A stretch of 50,680 nucleotides of DNA from Candidatus Magasanikiibacteriota bacterium (GCA_046590235.1 JBKJTY010000011.1:1-50680); one strand, 5' to 3'. Shown: positions 26,943 through 36,900, numbered from the stretch's first letter. Numbers and translations: made by a program. The notes: generated from the sequence alone by a model not told the origin.

Positions 26943-27875
26943 ATGGTGCAAAAGACTATTCTTGTAACTGGTGCCACCGGGTTTATTGGCTCACAACTCC
27001 TCCACGCGCTTCTCGATACAGGATTTAAAGTCTGCATTATTAAACGTAAAGAATCTGGCACTTGGAGAATTGCCGAAGCACTTACGCATCAAAATATAAA
27101 AGTGTACGGAGATGAAGTTGGTGAGATTAAACGCGCGTTTTCTGAACAAATAATTGATTGCGTGGTCCATTTGGCTGCTAAATATATTAAACAGCACAGC
27201 CAAGCTGATGATGTTCGTGATTTAATTACTTCCAATGTTGTCTTCCCATCCACACTACTCGAAGTAATGCGCGAATTTAACGTTCGCTCGATTGTAACGA
27301 CAGGAACCTTTTTTGAATATGATCTTCAGGGAAACAATAAGCTAACTGAAACGTCACCACTTAAACCGTACAATTTGTACGCGCGCACCAAACTTCTGTT
27401 TGATGATGTAGCGCGAGATTACGTAACGACTTATGGTTTCTCCTGCGTGCACCTAAGACTTTTTGCGCCGTATGGTCCAAAAGATAATGAAAAACTCATG
27501 CACTATCTGATAAGGAATTTATTATCTGGCCAGGCAATTAAACTAACGCCCGCCGAACAACAATGGAACTTTACGTATGTTGATGATATTGTTGCGGCAT
27601 ATGTGCAAGCTATTAATTTCTGTTTAAAAATGAAAGGCGGCCACGAAGTGTTTAACATCGGAAACACCGAGGCTGTTTCAATTAAGACTGTCGTTGGTAT
27701 CATTGAAAAAAAACTTGCTGTATCCGGGTTGGTAAGCTATGATAAGCCATATCAACAAAATGAAATTTTCTATGCTGTTTGTGACGGTCTAAAGGCAAAA
27801 GAACAGCTTGGTTGGACAGCAGCCACTTCTATTTCGGATGGTTTAGAAAAAACTATTAATTACTATCGTACATAA
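26943..27875 (+). CDS. NAD-dependent epimerase/reductase (CDP-dideoxyhexose synthase-like)
   Basis: GATGFIG, YARTK, LFAPYGP, FTYVDD; lies in the CDP-sugar cluster. Confidence 0.8.
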   Translation: MVQKTILVTGATGFIGSQLLHALLDTGFKVCIIKRKESGTWRIAEALTHQNIKVYGDEVGEIKRAFSEQIIDCVVHLAAKYIKQHSQADDVRDLITSNVVFPSTLLEVMREFNVRSIVTTGTFFEYDLQGNNKLTETSPLKPYNLYARTKLLFDDVARDYVTTYGFSCVHLRLFAPYGPKDNEKLMHYLIRNLLSGQAIKLTPAEQQWNFTYVDDIVAAYVQAINFCLKMKGGHEVFNIGNTEAVSIKTVVGIIEKKLAVSGLVSYDKPYQQNEIFYAVCDGLKAKEQLGWTAATSISDGLEKTINYYRT

Positions 27876-27876
27876 T

Positions 27877-28359
27877 ATGGCAGAAACTATTTTCGGTATC
27901 AAAGGCGGGCCTATTGCAGGTGTAGAAGTCCAGCGATTATCAGTTATCCCCGATGAGCGTGGAGCTATTTATCACATGCTACGTAACGATAGTCCATTAT
28001 TTGAAAAATTTGGTGAAATCTATTTCTCAAAAGCTAATCCAGGTGTAATTAAAGCTTGGCACATCCACAAAGAAATGACCTTGATGTATTCTGTGGTTGT
28101 AGGTATGGCAAAGTTGGTGCTGTATGATGATCGAGAAGGCAGTCCGACCAAAGGCAATCTGATGGAATTATGTGTCGGTGAAGAAAATCGCTTATTAGTT
28201 AAAGTACCGCCATTGGTTTGGAACGGGTTTAAGTGTATTAGCACAACACCTGTTATTGTGGCTAATTGCGCCACCTTACCACACGATAAGAATGAAATAG
28301 ATCGTTTGGATCCATTTTCTCCTACCATTCCGTACTCATGGGATTTAGTCCATGGTTAA
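27877..28359 (+). CDS. RmlC-like cupin sugar-nucleotide epimerase
   Basis: PDERG, KAWHIH, LYDDREGSPT, VPPLVWNGF. Confidence 0.82.
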   Translation: MAETIFGIKGGPIAGVEVQRLSVIPDERGAIYHMLRNDSPLFEKFGEIYFSKANPGVIKAWHIHKEMTLMYSVVVGMAKLVLYDDREGSPTKGNLMELCVGEENRLLVKVPPLVWNGFKCISTTPVIVANCATLPHDKNEIDRLDPFSPTIPYSWDLVHG

Positions 28360-28362
28360 AAT

Positions 28363-29469
28363 ATGCAATCGTTTTATAACGGTAAAAAAGTTCTGATAAC
28401 TGGTCACACGGGTTTTAAAGGTGGGTGGTTGACGCGAGTGCTTACCAAATGGGGTGCACGCGTTGTTGGCGTTTCATTGCCGGCGCACACTGAACCAAAT
28501 ATTTTTACTGTTGTAGGTTTGAAAAATACTTTAACTAATTACGAAGCAGATATTACAGATGATGTGGCAATGGTAGATATTTTTAAAAAAGAGCAGCCTG
28601 AAATAGTTTTTCATTTAGCAGCGCAAGCTTTGGTACGCGACAGTTATGATAATCCAGAATTAACCCATAAAACTAATATTCTCGGCACAGCTCATATTTT
28701 AAAAGCGATACGCGTAGTACCGTCAGTGCAGGCAGCTGTAATTATTACGACAGATAAAGTTTACCACAATGATGAGCAAGGAAAGCCCTATAAAGAAACT
28801 GATCCACTGGGTGGTCATGACCCGTATAGCGCGAGTAAAGCTGCCGCTGACCTTATCACAGCATCCTATATCCATTCTTTTTTCCATCCAGAAAAATATG
28901 GTTTAAAGCATAAAACACTAATAGCCTCAGCTCGATCCGGTAATGTATTTGGCGGAGGTGATTGGTCAAAAGATCGTTTAATTCCAGATATTGTTCGGGC
29001 CGTATATCATGATAATGCGCCTGTGATAATTCGTAACCCACAAGCTATCCGTCCTTGGCAGCACGTACTTGAGCCAATAGCAGGCTACTTACAATTAGCT
29101 AAAAAACTGCATGAAGGAGACGTTTCAAGTGGTGGAGCATGGAACTTTGGCCCGCACGATGAATTAAGTTGTACAGTAGAAGAAATGGTTAAACAAGCCT
29201 TAATTACTCTAAATAAAGGTGCATATGTGCTAGTGCCGGATGTGTCAAAGTCAGAAGCTGGCTTGCTCAGATTGGACAGTTCAAAAGCGCGAGCGCAATT
29301 AGGCTGGGAATCAAAATTAGACTTAATTACGTCATTAAAATGGACGTTCGATTGGTACCGCCGGCATTACGAAGATAACAGTGCGCTTGAAGAAATGGAT
29401 CGACAAATAGAAGATTATTTTTCACCTCACCTTACAGTCAGCGTTACTAAGACAATCAGTCAAGCTTAA
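28363..29469 (+). CDS. rfbG: CDP-glucose 4,6-dehydratase
   Basis: ITGHTGFKGGWL, FHLAAQALVRDSY, TTDKVY, DPYSASKA, RPWQHVLEP, WNFGP. Confidence 0.95.
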   Translation: MQSFYNGKKVLITGHTGFKGGWLTRVLTKWGARVVGVSLPAHTEPNIFTVVGLKNTLTNYEADITDDVAMVDIFKKEQPEIVFHLAAQALVRDSYDNPELTHKTNILGTAHILKAIRVVPSVQAAVIITTDKVYHNDEQGKPYKETDPLGGHDPYSASKAAADLITASYIHSFFHPEKYGLKHKTLIASARSGNVFGGGDWSKDRLIPDIVRAVYHDNAPVIIRNPQAIRPWQHVLEPIAGYLQLAKKLHEGDVSSGGAWNFGPHDELSCTVEEMVKQALITLNKGAYVLVPDVSKSEAGLLRLDSSKARAQLGWESKLDLITSLKWTFDWYRRHYEDNSALEEMDRQIEDYFSPHLTVSVTKTISQA

Positions 29470-29552
29470 AGCTTGACTTTTTGTTAATAAAATGCTAAGA
29501 TTTTGGGCTTCTTGGCCCCCCGTAAGGGCTGGAGCAATACGAGGGAAACGAA

Positions 29553-30119
29553 ATGGATAAGGATGAGGCATTATGGATTCTCAATGAAGGGGATTCGACA
29601 AGTATGCAGTTTCGTGAGGCGATTGCTTATTTCCAGAACCTGCTCGACCCCAAGGCTCCGGCCGGAACGGTGCTCTGCAATGCCATCATGCGCATCTGGC
29701 CGACCCCGGCTTTCGAGGGTGTACTGTTGCGCGAGGTCAATGGCGAATACCAGGTCTACTTGCGTCGTCGGGCTGAGAACGAAGCCTACCCACTTCAATA
29801 CCACTCTCCCGGCGTGCTTTACTGCAATGCGGACGAGTCCGACGAGACCGCGGCCAAACGCCTCTTCGAGGAGTTTGGTTGCGAATTCGACTACGAACAG
29901 ATCGATTCGTTGGTGGTTAATGATGTGCGTGGGCGACTGCGATCAGTGATCTATCTGCTCACCACTCGAAGCGAACCTCGTCTCGATGAGCGTCACGGAT
30001 GGTTCCCGGTGAACCGTTTGCCGGAGAAAACCATAGAGCATCACCGTCTCCAGGTGATTCCGCGTGCTGTGGCTAAGGTCATGGTTCGAGCCAGCAGGGC
30101 GAAGTGTGGTGATAAATGA
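29553..30119 (+). CDS. Nudix-fold hydrolase, GC-rich insertion
   Basis: VYLRRR, HSPG...DESDETAAKRLFEEFG degenerate Nudix box; promoter TTGACT-17-TAAGAT at 29473-29501. Confidence 0.65.
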   Translation: MDKDEALWILNEGDSTSMQFREAIAYFQNLLDPKAPAGTVLCNAIMRIWPTPAFEGVLLREVNGEYQVYLRRRAENEAYPLQYHSPGVLYCNADESDETAAKRLFEEFGCEFDYEQIDSLVVNDVRGRLRSVIYLLTTRSEPRLDERHGWFPVNRLPEKTIEHHRLQVIPRAVAKVMVRASRAKCGDK

Positions 30120-30262
30120 GGATGTTGGGCCCCGGTGGAAAGTCATTCTTGACGAGTACACCGGGGCTATTCTATTTGTAAAGGTAAACCGTTGCTTTTT
30201 TAAGCAAAAAGTGGTACTGTGCAAGTACTTACTAGCCTGTTTTCGTACAGCAAAAAGGATTT

Positions 30263-31585
30263 ATGAATGATCAATTAAAAGGACTTTTGGAAGCAGATTA
30301 TCGCGAACATTTTCCAGTTAAAAAATTTATTCCAGGCCAATCCATCGTACCTGTCTCAGGCAAAGTTTTTGATGAGCATGAAATTGTGAATGCTACAGAA
30401 GCAGTGCTCGATGGCTGGTGGACAGACGGACGATTTAGCGCATCTTTTGAACATCGCCTGGCAAAATGGCTAGGGGTATCTTTTGCTTGCTTGGTTAATT
30501 CAGGTTCTTCGGCAAATTTAATCGCGGTAACGGCACTTACATCACTCAAACTAGGTGAGAAAAGGCTAAAGCCAGGTGATGAAATTATTACTGTTGCGGC
30601 CGGGTTCCCAAGTACCGTCAATCCGATTGTGCAAAACCGGTTAGTGCCTGTTTTTGTCCATGTTGATCTAGGTACCTATAATGCAAATATCGAAGAGGTA
30701 AAAAAAGCGATTTCGCCAAAAACGCGCGCAATTATGATCGCGCATACGCTTGGTAATCCTTTTCACTTAGAAGCAATAGCCGAGCTTTGTGCAAAACACG
30801 ATCTCTGGTTAATTGAAGATAACTGTGACGCGCTTGGTTCACGTTATAACGGTAAAAAAACCGGCACATTTGGACAGATTGCTACGTGCAGTTTTTATCC
30901 GGCACATCACATTACTATGGGTGAGGGCGGGGCAGTATTTACTAACGATTCACGTCTATATAAAATTATTGAATCAGTACGTGATTGGGGACGTGATTGT
31001 TGGTGTCCAACTGGCAAAGATAATACCTGCGGTAAGCGCTTCTGTTGGCAGCTCGGTACACTTCCAGTCGGCTACGATCATAAATATACCTACTCCGAAA
31101 TGGGGTACAATTTGAAAGCGACTGATATTCAAGCAGCCATTGGTTTGGCACAACTTCAAAAGGTAGATTCATTTATTGAGAAAAGAAAAGAAAACTTTAA
31201 CAGGCTTTTTGAAGGATTAAAACAGTATGAGTCTTCCTTCATATTACCTCAGTGGGAGCCGAGTGCGGAGCCAAGCTGGTTCGGGTTTCTTCTGACGGTG
31301 CGTACCGATGCATCATTTTCGCGTGAAAGTATTATTAAATTTCTGCAAGAGAAAAAAATCGGAACGCGTTATTTGTTCGCTGGTAACTTACTCCGTCAGC
31401 CGTATTTTGCTGAGCGCAAAGATATCGAGTATCGAGTTATCGGCGACTTAAAAAATACAGATATCGTAATGAATAATACATTTTGGGTTGGATGTTATCC
31501 AGGGCTAACGTCTGAGATGATAACGTATATGATCGATTCTTTTAAGGAATTCATGGAACAACAATCGTTAAATAAGCCAGCATAA
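30263..31585 (+). CDS. rfbH: CDP-4-keto-6-deoxyglucose 3-dehydrase (E1, DdhC/RfbH)
   Basis: EDNCDALG, SFYPAHHITMGEGG (His in place of Lys), RDCWC...NTC, YDHKY. Confidence 0.95.
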   Translation: MNDQLKGLLEADYREHFPVKKFIPGQSIVPVSGKVFDEHEIVNATEAVLDGWWTDGRFSASFEHRLAKWLGVSFACLVNSGSSANLIAVTALTSLKLGEKRLKPGDEIITVAAGFPSTVNPIVQNRLVPVFVHVDLGTYNANIEEVKKAISPKTRAIMIAHTLGNPFHLEAIAELCAKHDLWLIEDNCDALGSRYNGKKTGTFGQIATCSFYPAHHITMGEGGAVFTNDSRLYKIIESVRDWGRDCWCPTGKDNTCGKRFCWQLGTLPVGYDHKYTYSEMGYNLKATDIQAAIGLAQLQKVDSFIEKRKENFNRLFEGLKQYESSFILPQWEPSAEPSWFGFLLTVRTDASFSRESIIKFLQEKKIGTRYLFAGNLLRQPYFAERKDIEYRVIGDLKNTDIVMNNTFWVGCYPGLTSEMITYMIDSFKEFMEQQSLNKPA

Positions 31586-31595
31586 TCGTATAAAC

Positions 31596-31625
31596 AAAAA
31601 CACTCTCAAAATGAGAGTGTTTTTT
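31596..31625. terminator. Bidirectional terminator
   Basis: aaaaacactctca-aaa-tgagagtgtttttt. Confidence 0.8.
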
Positions 31626-31638
31626 AATTATGTTACTA

Positions 31639-32109
31639 TTATTCTTCGCTTTCAAAATCTTCTGGAATAGGCATGAGTAAAGCACCAACTTTTGTTTTGC
31701 CGATATCGAGCGTGAACACGATGAGGTGTGTTTCACTTTGACCGCCAACTCCGTAAGCGCCATCTTCTTCTGGGCCGGATTCAGTCTTGAAACCATCTTT
31801 CTTAAGCATGTTTTCGATTGCTGTAATATCTTTTTGTGTTACTGTGCGTGAAACGTTATATTCAATACCTGTTGCCCCTTTGACTGGGAAGTCGTTGAGG
31901 AATGAAGTAATTTTTGCTTCACCAAACGTTTTCTTGACGTATGATTCCAAAACTTTTGCATTGTCAGTCGGATTAGTAACTTTAATGCCAGATCCACCGT
32001 CATTGTTTGTTTGCTTAGTTTCAGTTGTGTTAGAGTTGGAACAGCCTGCGCCGGTTAGTGTGAGCAAAGTCACTACTCCAGCAGCTGCTAAGAATCTTTT
32101 TATTTGCAT
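31639..32109 (-). CDS. Secreted/lipoprotein-like hypothetical protein, paralogue of 24193-24708 (start moved to 32109)
   Basis: MQIKRFLAAAGVVTLLTLTGAGCS; FGEAKITSFLNDFPVKG. Confidence 0.78.
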   Translation of the reverse strand: MQIKRFLAAAGVVTLLTLTGAGCSNSNTTETKQTNNDGGSGIKVTNPTDNAKVLESYVKKTFGEAKITSFLNDFPVKGATGIEYNVSRTVTQKDITAIENMLKKDGFKTESGPEEDGAYGVGGQSETHLIVFTLDIGKTKVGALLMPIPEDFESEE

Positions 32110-32191
32110 AATCATACAATATAAATAGTAAATCATACTTAAGTATAACACATCACTATTGGTAGAACAAATAAAAACAGCCCGAAAGCTG

Positions 32192-32253
32192 TTTTTCAAT
32201 GTGGGTTGCCGGGGGCTCAAACCTAAGACCTTATCCTTAAAAAGGGTACGCTC
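32192..32253 (-). pseudogene. Decayed copy of the 3' part of tRNA-Lys plus downstream flank (att-like scar)
   Basis: ttttcaatgtgggttgccgggggctcaaacctaagaccttatccttaaaaaggg versus ttttcaatgtgggtcggccggggctcgaacccgggaccttatccttaaaaggg at 32761-32813. Confidence 0.85.
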
Positions 32254-32396
32254 AAATAATCAGGTGCGCAAAACTAAAAACATCCGTCGTAATAACGGAT
32301 GTTTTTGTATCTCTTGACGCCAGAGGTCTGACGTAAAAGGATAAGGATCGGCCGGAGATAAGCGCCAACCCTCATCATACTTGAGAATTGGTGGGT

Positions 32397-32657
32397 TTAG
32401 CGCGTTAGCCGTCGCCCGAGGGTGAACGAGCCGAACGATGTTAGTCCAAACCCGACACTAAAGGCAAGGCCTTTGAGCGCGCGGGCGTAGTGCCAGTCGT
32501 GTCGCGGGTCAATCGGCGAGTTTCCGAGTAAATACTCGAAAAAACACCAGAATGCTGCGAGTACGCATGCGATAAGCATGATTGCGCTGAAAATGTGTAA
32601 ATTAATTGCAAAAAACTGCTTCACTTCACTTTCAGGGCGATTGATTACGGTAGGCAT
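32397..32657 (-). CDS. Small membrane protein (2 TM)
   Basis: SD AGGAGGAG; promoter TTGACT-17-TATAAT at 32702-32730. Confidence 0.65.
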   Translation of the reverse strand: MPTVINRPESEVKQFFAINLHIFSAIMLIACVLAAFWCFFEYLLGNSPIDPRHDWHYARALKGLAFSVGFGLTSFGSFTLGRRLTR

Positions 32658-32769
32658 TAGCTCCTCCTAGAGCATGGTTAGCGGTAACGAATCAATGAAA
32701 CATTATAGCATAAAAATGCCCAAAAGTCAATGGTAAACAAAAACCCCCTAAACTAGGGGGTTTTCAATG

Positions 32770-32842
32770 TGGGTCGGCCGGGGCTCGAACCCGGGACCTT
32801 ATCCTTAAAAGGGATCTGCTCTACCAGCTGAGCTACCGACCC
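32770..32842 (-). tRNA. tRNA-Lys (TTT)
   Basis: GGGTCGG acceptor stem, GCTC/GAGC D arm, loop CTTTTAA, CCGGG-TTCGAGC-CCCGG T arm; CCA not encoded. Confidence 0.96.
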
Positions 32843-33030
32843 GCCTTCGTCCGCTACAGCTTTAGCGGAAGCGGATTCTCTGGTTATCTTAGAAAAGCCT
32901 TAGAATAAAGCGATTTTTAAGATGAGAAGATAATACACTAAAAGCAAAATAAAATCAAGGTTTTCCTCCACAGTTACAGAAAGCAACAGGATTGCTACCC
33001 GTCATGTATAGTAATTATTAAGCAAAGTAT

Positions 33031-33276
33031 ATGCATTATTACTCAAATCATATGGGGTTGCTCTGGGGTGGGGGTATCATCATGTTTGCTGTAAATATCC
33101 TGCTTTGGATAGCCATATTCTGGGGAGTTATCTACGCTATCCGCGCATTAAATGGAGGTTCACGGCATAATTTTCCAGTGCATACGAGAGCTTTAGCCAT
33201 CCTTGATGAGCGGTATGCTAAGGGTGAAATTAGCAAAGATGAGTACTTAGAGCGTAAGCGAGACCTGCTAAGTTAG
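33031..33276 (+). CDS. SHOCT-domain small membrane protein
   Basis: TM segment followed by ALAILDERYAKGEISKDEYLERK. Confidence 0.85.
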   Translation: MHYYSNHMGLLWGGGIIMFAVNILLWIAIFWGVIYAIRALNGGSRHNFPVHTRALAILDERYAKGEISKDEYLERKRDLLS

Positions 33277-33362
33277 TTAAAACGGGTATATGCCCGTTTT
33301 TTCATGCAGTTCTCGACTTTTACCTTCTTAAATGCTATACTTGAGCATATTATTATATACGT

Positions 33363-33935
33363 ATGCTCAACAAAAAATATTTCCAAACACTCCGAACAGA
33401 CCTTTTAGCCTATGCGGAAAAACGTCGTGAAGTGATCAAAATGGCAGGGGATGCACAGCATCATGCTAAACGCGCTATCTTTGCCCTTCAACGTGAAAGT
33501 TTGCAAGAAGCAAGTGAAAGTTTGTCTAAAGCAGAAACAAATTTAAAAGAATTAACAAAAAAGTATAGTAAGGATACTCGCATTTTTGACGAAGGATCAT
33601 TTAAGGCAGCGCTCGAAGAATATACTGAAGCAGTTTTGTTTAAACAATTTTTAGAAGGTAAAGAGATTGGTGAAATTAAGGCCTTCAAATTAGATAGTGA
33701 CGCGTATGTTTCCGGGCTTTGTGATGTGCCGGGTGAAATTGTGCGATATGCGATCAAGGCGGCGACTGAACGTAAGTTTGCGATGGTGCAGCGAGCGTAT
33801 GCGGTTTCTGAAGCGATTATAGCGGAGCTTATTGATATGGACCTTACAGGTTATAATCGTCAGAAGTTTGATCAGGCTAAACAAGCACACAATAAATTGC
33901 AGCAGATTGTCTACGAAGTTAGTTTAAAAGCTTAA
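33363..33935 (+). CDS. Translin/TRAX (C3PO)-family protein
   Basis: RREVIK, ALEEYTEA, YVSGLCDVPGEIVR, RQKFD; promoter TCGACT-17-TATACT at 33313-33341. Confidence 0.85.
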   Translation: MLNKKYFQTLRTDLLAYAEKRREVIKMAGDAQHHAKRAIFALQRESLQEASESLSKAETNLKELTKKYSKDTRIFDEGSFKAALEEYTEAVLFKQFLEGKEIGEIKAFKLDSDAYVSGLCDVPGEIVRYAIKAATERKFAMVQRAYAVSEAIIAELIDMDLTGYNRQKFDQAKQAHNKLQQIVYEVSLKA

Positions 33936-33937
33936 GT

Positions 33938-36900
33938 ATGGATAGTTATAAAAAAAGTATCCTTTTTTCATTTTTAATATTTTTTTTCTGTTTCCAGGCA
34001 GAGGATTCTCAAGCGGTGTTAAATTATTTAACACCTAATAATCCCTGGACAGTAGACGGAACCGTCAGTGCGATAAAAAAAGGGCCCGATGGCACTATTT
34101 ATGTTGGTGGAGCATTCTATAGTCTGTTTAATACCAATTCTTCCACTCACTCGATGGCATTGCCAATTAATACGGTAACAAACTTGCCAGGGATGGCTAC
34201 GTACCCATCACTCAATTCATCGCCGGAAATGGTTATTCCAGATGGTAATAACGGTTGGTATATTGGTGGAGGTAATGGTGGTGCGCTCTATATTCAAGGA
34301 GACCCTGAACCGCGATATCTTATCCATGTGCTATCGACCGGAGTGATTAATCCATCGTTTAACCCGGTAATTACTAGTACTGTACGAGCGCTCGCGCTTA
34401 GCAGTACTACTTTGTATATTGGTGGTGATTTTAGGTTCGTCAACAACACAGCTAGAAACCGCTTAGCCGCTCTCGATACCAGCGGAAATTTATTAAGCTG
34501 GAATCCAGACGTGAATAATGGTGTTTATGATATTGCTTTAGACCCAAGTGGTTCGACGACCACCATTTATGTTGGTGGTGCATTTACTACATCTTCCGCA
34601 GCGGTGCGAAATCGCGCCGCCGCTTTTGATGCGAATGGGGCAGTTTCAAGTTGGAACCCAAATGTTGGTTCGGGTATTGTGTATAGAATTTTACTCCACC
34701 CATCAGGGGCGACATCGACTATCTACATGAGCGGAAGCTTTACGTCGGTTGGTAGTTCAACGAAATCATATTTAGCATCAGTTAATAATACAAATGGTGC
34801 CACAACAACGTGGTCACCAATTCCAAACTCAAGTGTTTTCAGCGGCTTTACTATGTCGAGTACCACCCTGTATGTGGGCGGTAGCTTTACAACAATAACC
34901 AATAATGGAGTTACTTCAAACAGAAATAGACTTGCTGCTTTTGACTTAAACGGTAACTTGCTTGATACATGGGTTCCGGGGAAGGCTGCTGGGGTTAACT
35001 ACATGTTGTATGCGAGTGGTACGATCTATATGTCCAATGGAAGTGGTACGACGGTGAACCCGCATAGTTCGCTAGTATCTACGACGGTTGGTCCGATTGT
35101 TGGTTTTGATGAAGCGGGAGAAATTAGTTTTAACCCTGTGGCAACATTGGGGTACAACCAGACAGCTGGCAGAAGCCTCGCCTATGCAAATAACGTCGTG
35201 TACCTGATGGGTTGGTTGCGTGGTTTTTATCCAGTTGGCCGTGAATTTATTTTTGCTTTAGACAGCAATCGTAATTTAAAAAGTTGGTATCCGTCTTTAA
35301 ATGGCAGTGTCAGTACGATGCTCGTCACCAGCAATACTGTGTATGTTGCAGGATCGTTTACCACTGTTACAGGAACAAACAGCTCCGGGGCACGGGAGCG
35401 TCTGGCAGCATTTGATTTTGATGGTAACTTGCTGCCATGGGCGCCGCGCGTTAATGGTTCTGTTAATGCACTAGCTATTAATCCCGAAGGGACGGTTATT
35501 TATGCGGGTGGTGCATTCACTACAACGAGTGATAGTAATCGGCAGCGTCTGGCGGCATTCGACCTCAACGGAAATACACTAGCTTGGGATCCGGGCGCAA
35601 GTAGTACGGTGAATACAATCGTAGTCGGGCCATCAGGTATTACCACTTCAATCTTTGTTGGCGGTTCATTTACCAAAGTTGCCAATACTACCCGTAACCG
35701 CATTGCGGCAATCGATCCAAACGGTGTATTGATTGGTAGCTGGAATCCAGCCATGGGTAGTACTGTTAATACACTTGAATTTGACCAGACTGGTTCAACA
35801 TCTTCTATTTTTGTAGGTGGCAGTTTTACAACTGTAAGCAGTTCGGTTGCGCGTAACCGCGCAGCTGCCATAGACATGAATGGTAAGGCAACCCAGTGGA
35901 ACCCAAACATAACCGGAACAGTGAGTGATATAGAAATCACCACCACATCCGTATATTTAGTCGGTTCAATTACCTCGGTAAGTGGAACAGCGCGAACTGG
36001 TTTTGTTGAGTTGGATAAAACATCCGGTACAATAAAGGGGTATGATTTAAATATCGGCGGGTCTACATCCGCGGCTGTATCGCTGATTACTGAAAATTCA
36101 TTTTTTGTGGGCGCGAGTTTTTTTAATAGCTATTTCGGTTATGATCGAAAAATGCGCGGTCCATTTGGTGAATTTGAATTACACCGGGCAGGTTTTGTTT
36201 CGAGCGCTTCGACTGTGGCGGAAAATGTGGGCACCGTAACATTCGTTTACACACTGAACGCTACATCAACAGAAGATATCTCGTTTGATTATGCCGTATC
36301 TGGTGGTACTGCTACACAGGGGAATGATTTTACATTTAGCACTGGCACAGCTACAATCACGGCAGGATCACTTACAACGTCCGTTGACCTCATTGTGACA
36401 GATGATGTGGAGGCTGACCCCAATGAAACAATTGTTTTGACCTTGTCGAATAGTAGGGGGGCCGCTATTACTACATCGACCTACACATTAACGATTAGTG
36501 ATGATGATGTGGCTAGTAGTGGTAGTAATAATAGTAGTAATGCCTATAGCCCACCTTTGGTTATGAGTGATATCGCGGCTACTGCACCACAGATAACAGT
36601 AACTACGACCGTGTCCACAACGACAACGGTAATTATGGTTACGACAACATTAGCATCACCAACAACGACAATAATCATTATTCCAATTTTAGTAGATTCC
36701 TCACATTCCGTTGCAACAACAAGTAATAAAACCATCAATGCAACACCGCTCTTTAAGCGACAGTTGATGGTGGGTACAATAGGTGACGATGTTTTACAGC
36801 TTCAAAAAATGTTAAATAAACTTGGTTTTACCGTTGCAAAGACTGGGGCAGGTTCACCAGGTAACGAAACAAAGACGTTTGGACCCGCAACAAAAAAAGC

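Noticed and set aside
31639-32220. 193-aa version of the minus-strand ORF
   Set aside because: The extension runs through a terminator and the tRNA scar. The signal peptide and paralogue alignment start at 32109.
8316-32390. 3' hairpins as integron attC sites
   Set aside because: No RYYYAAC...GTTRRRY ends, no tandem cassette array and no intI in the window. Kept only as unexplained hairpins.
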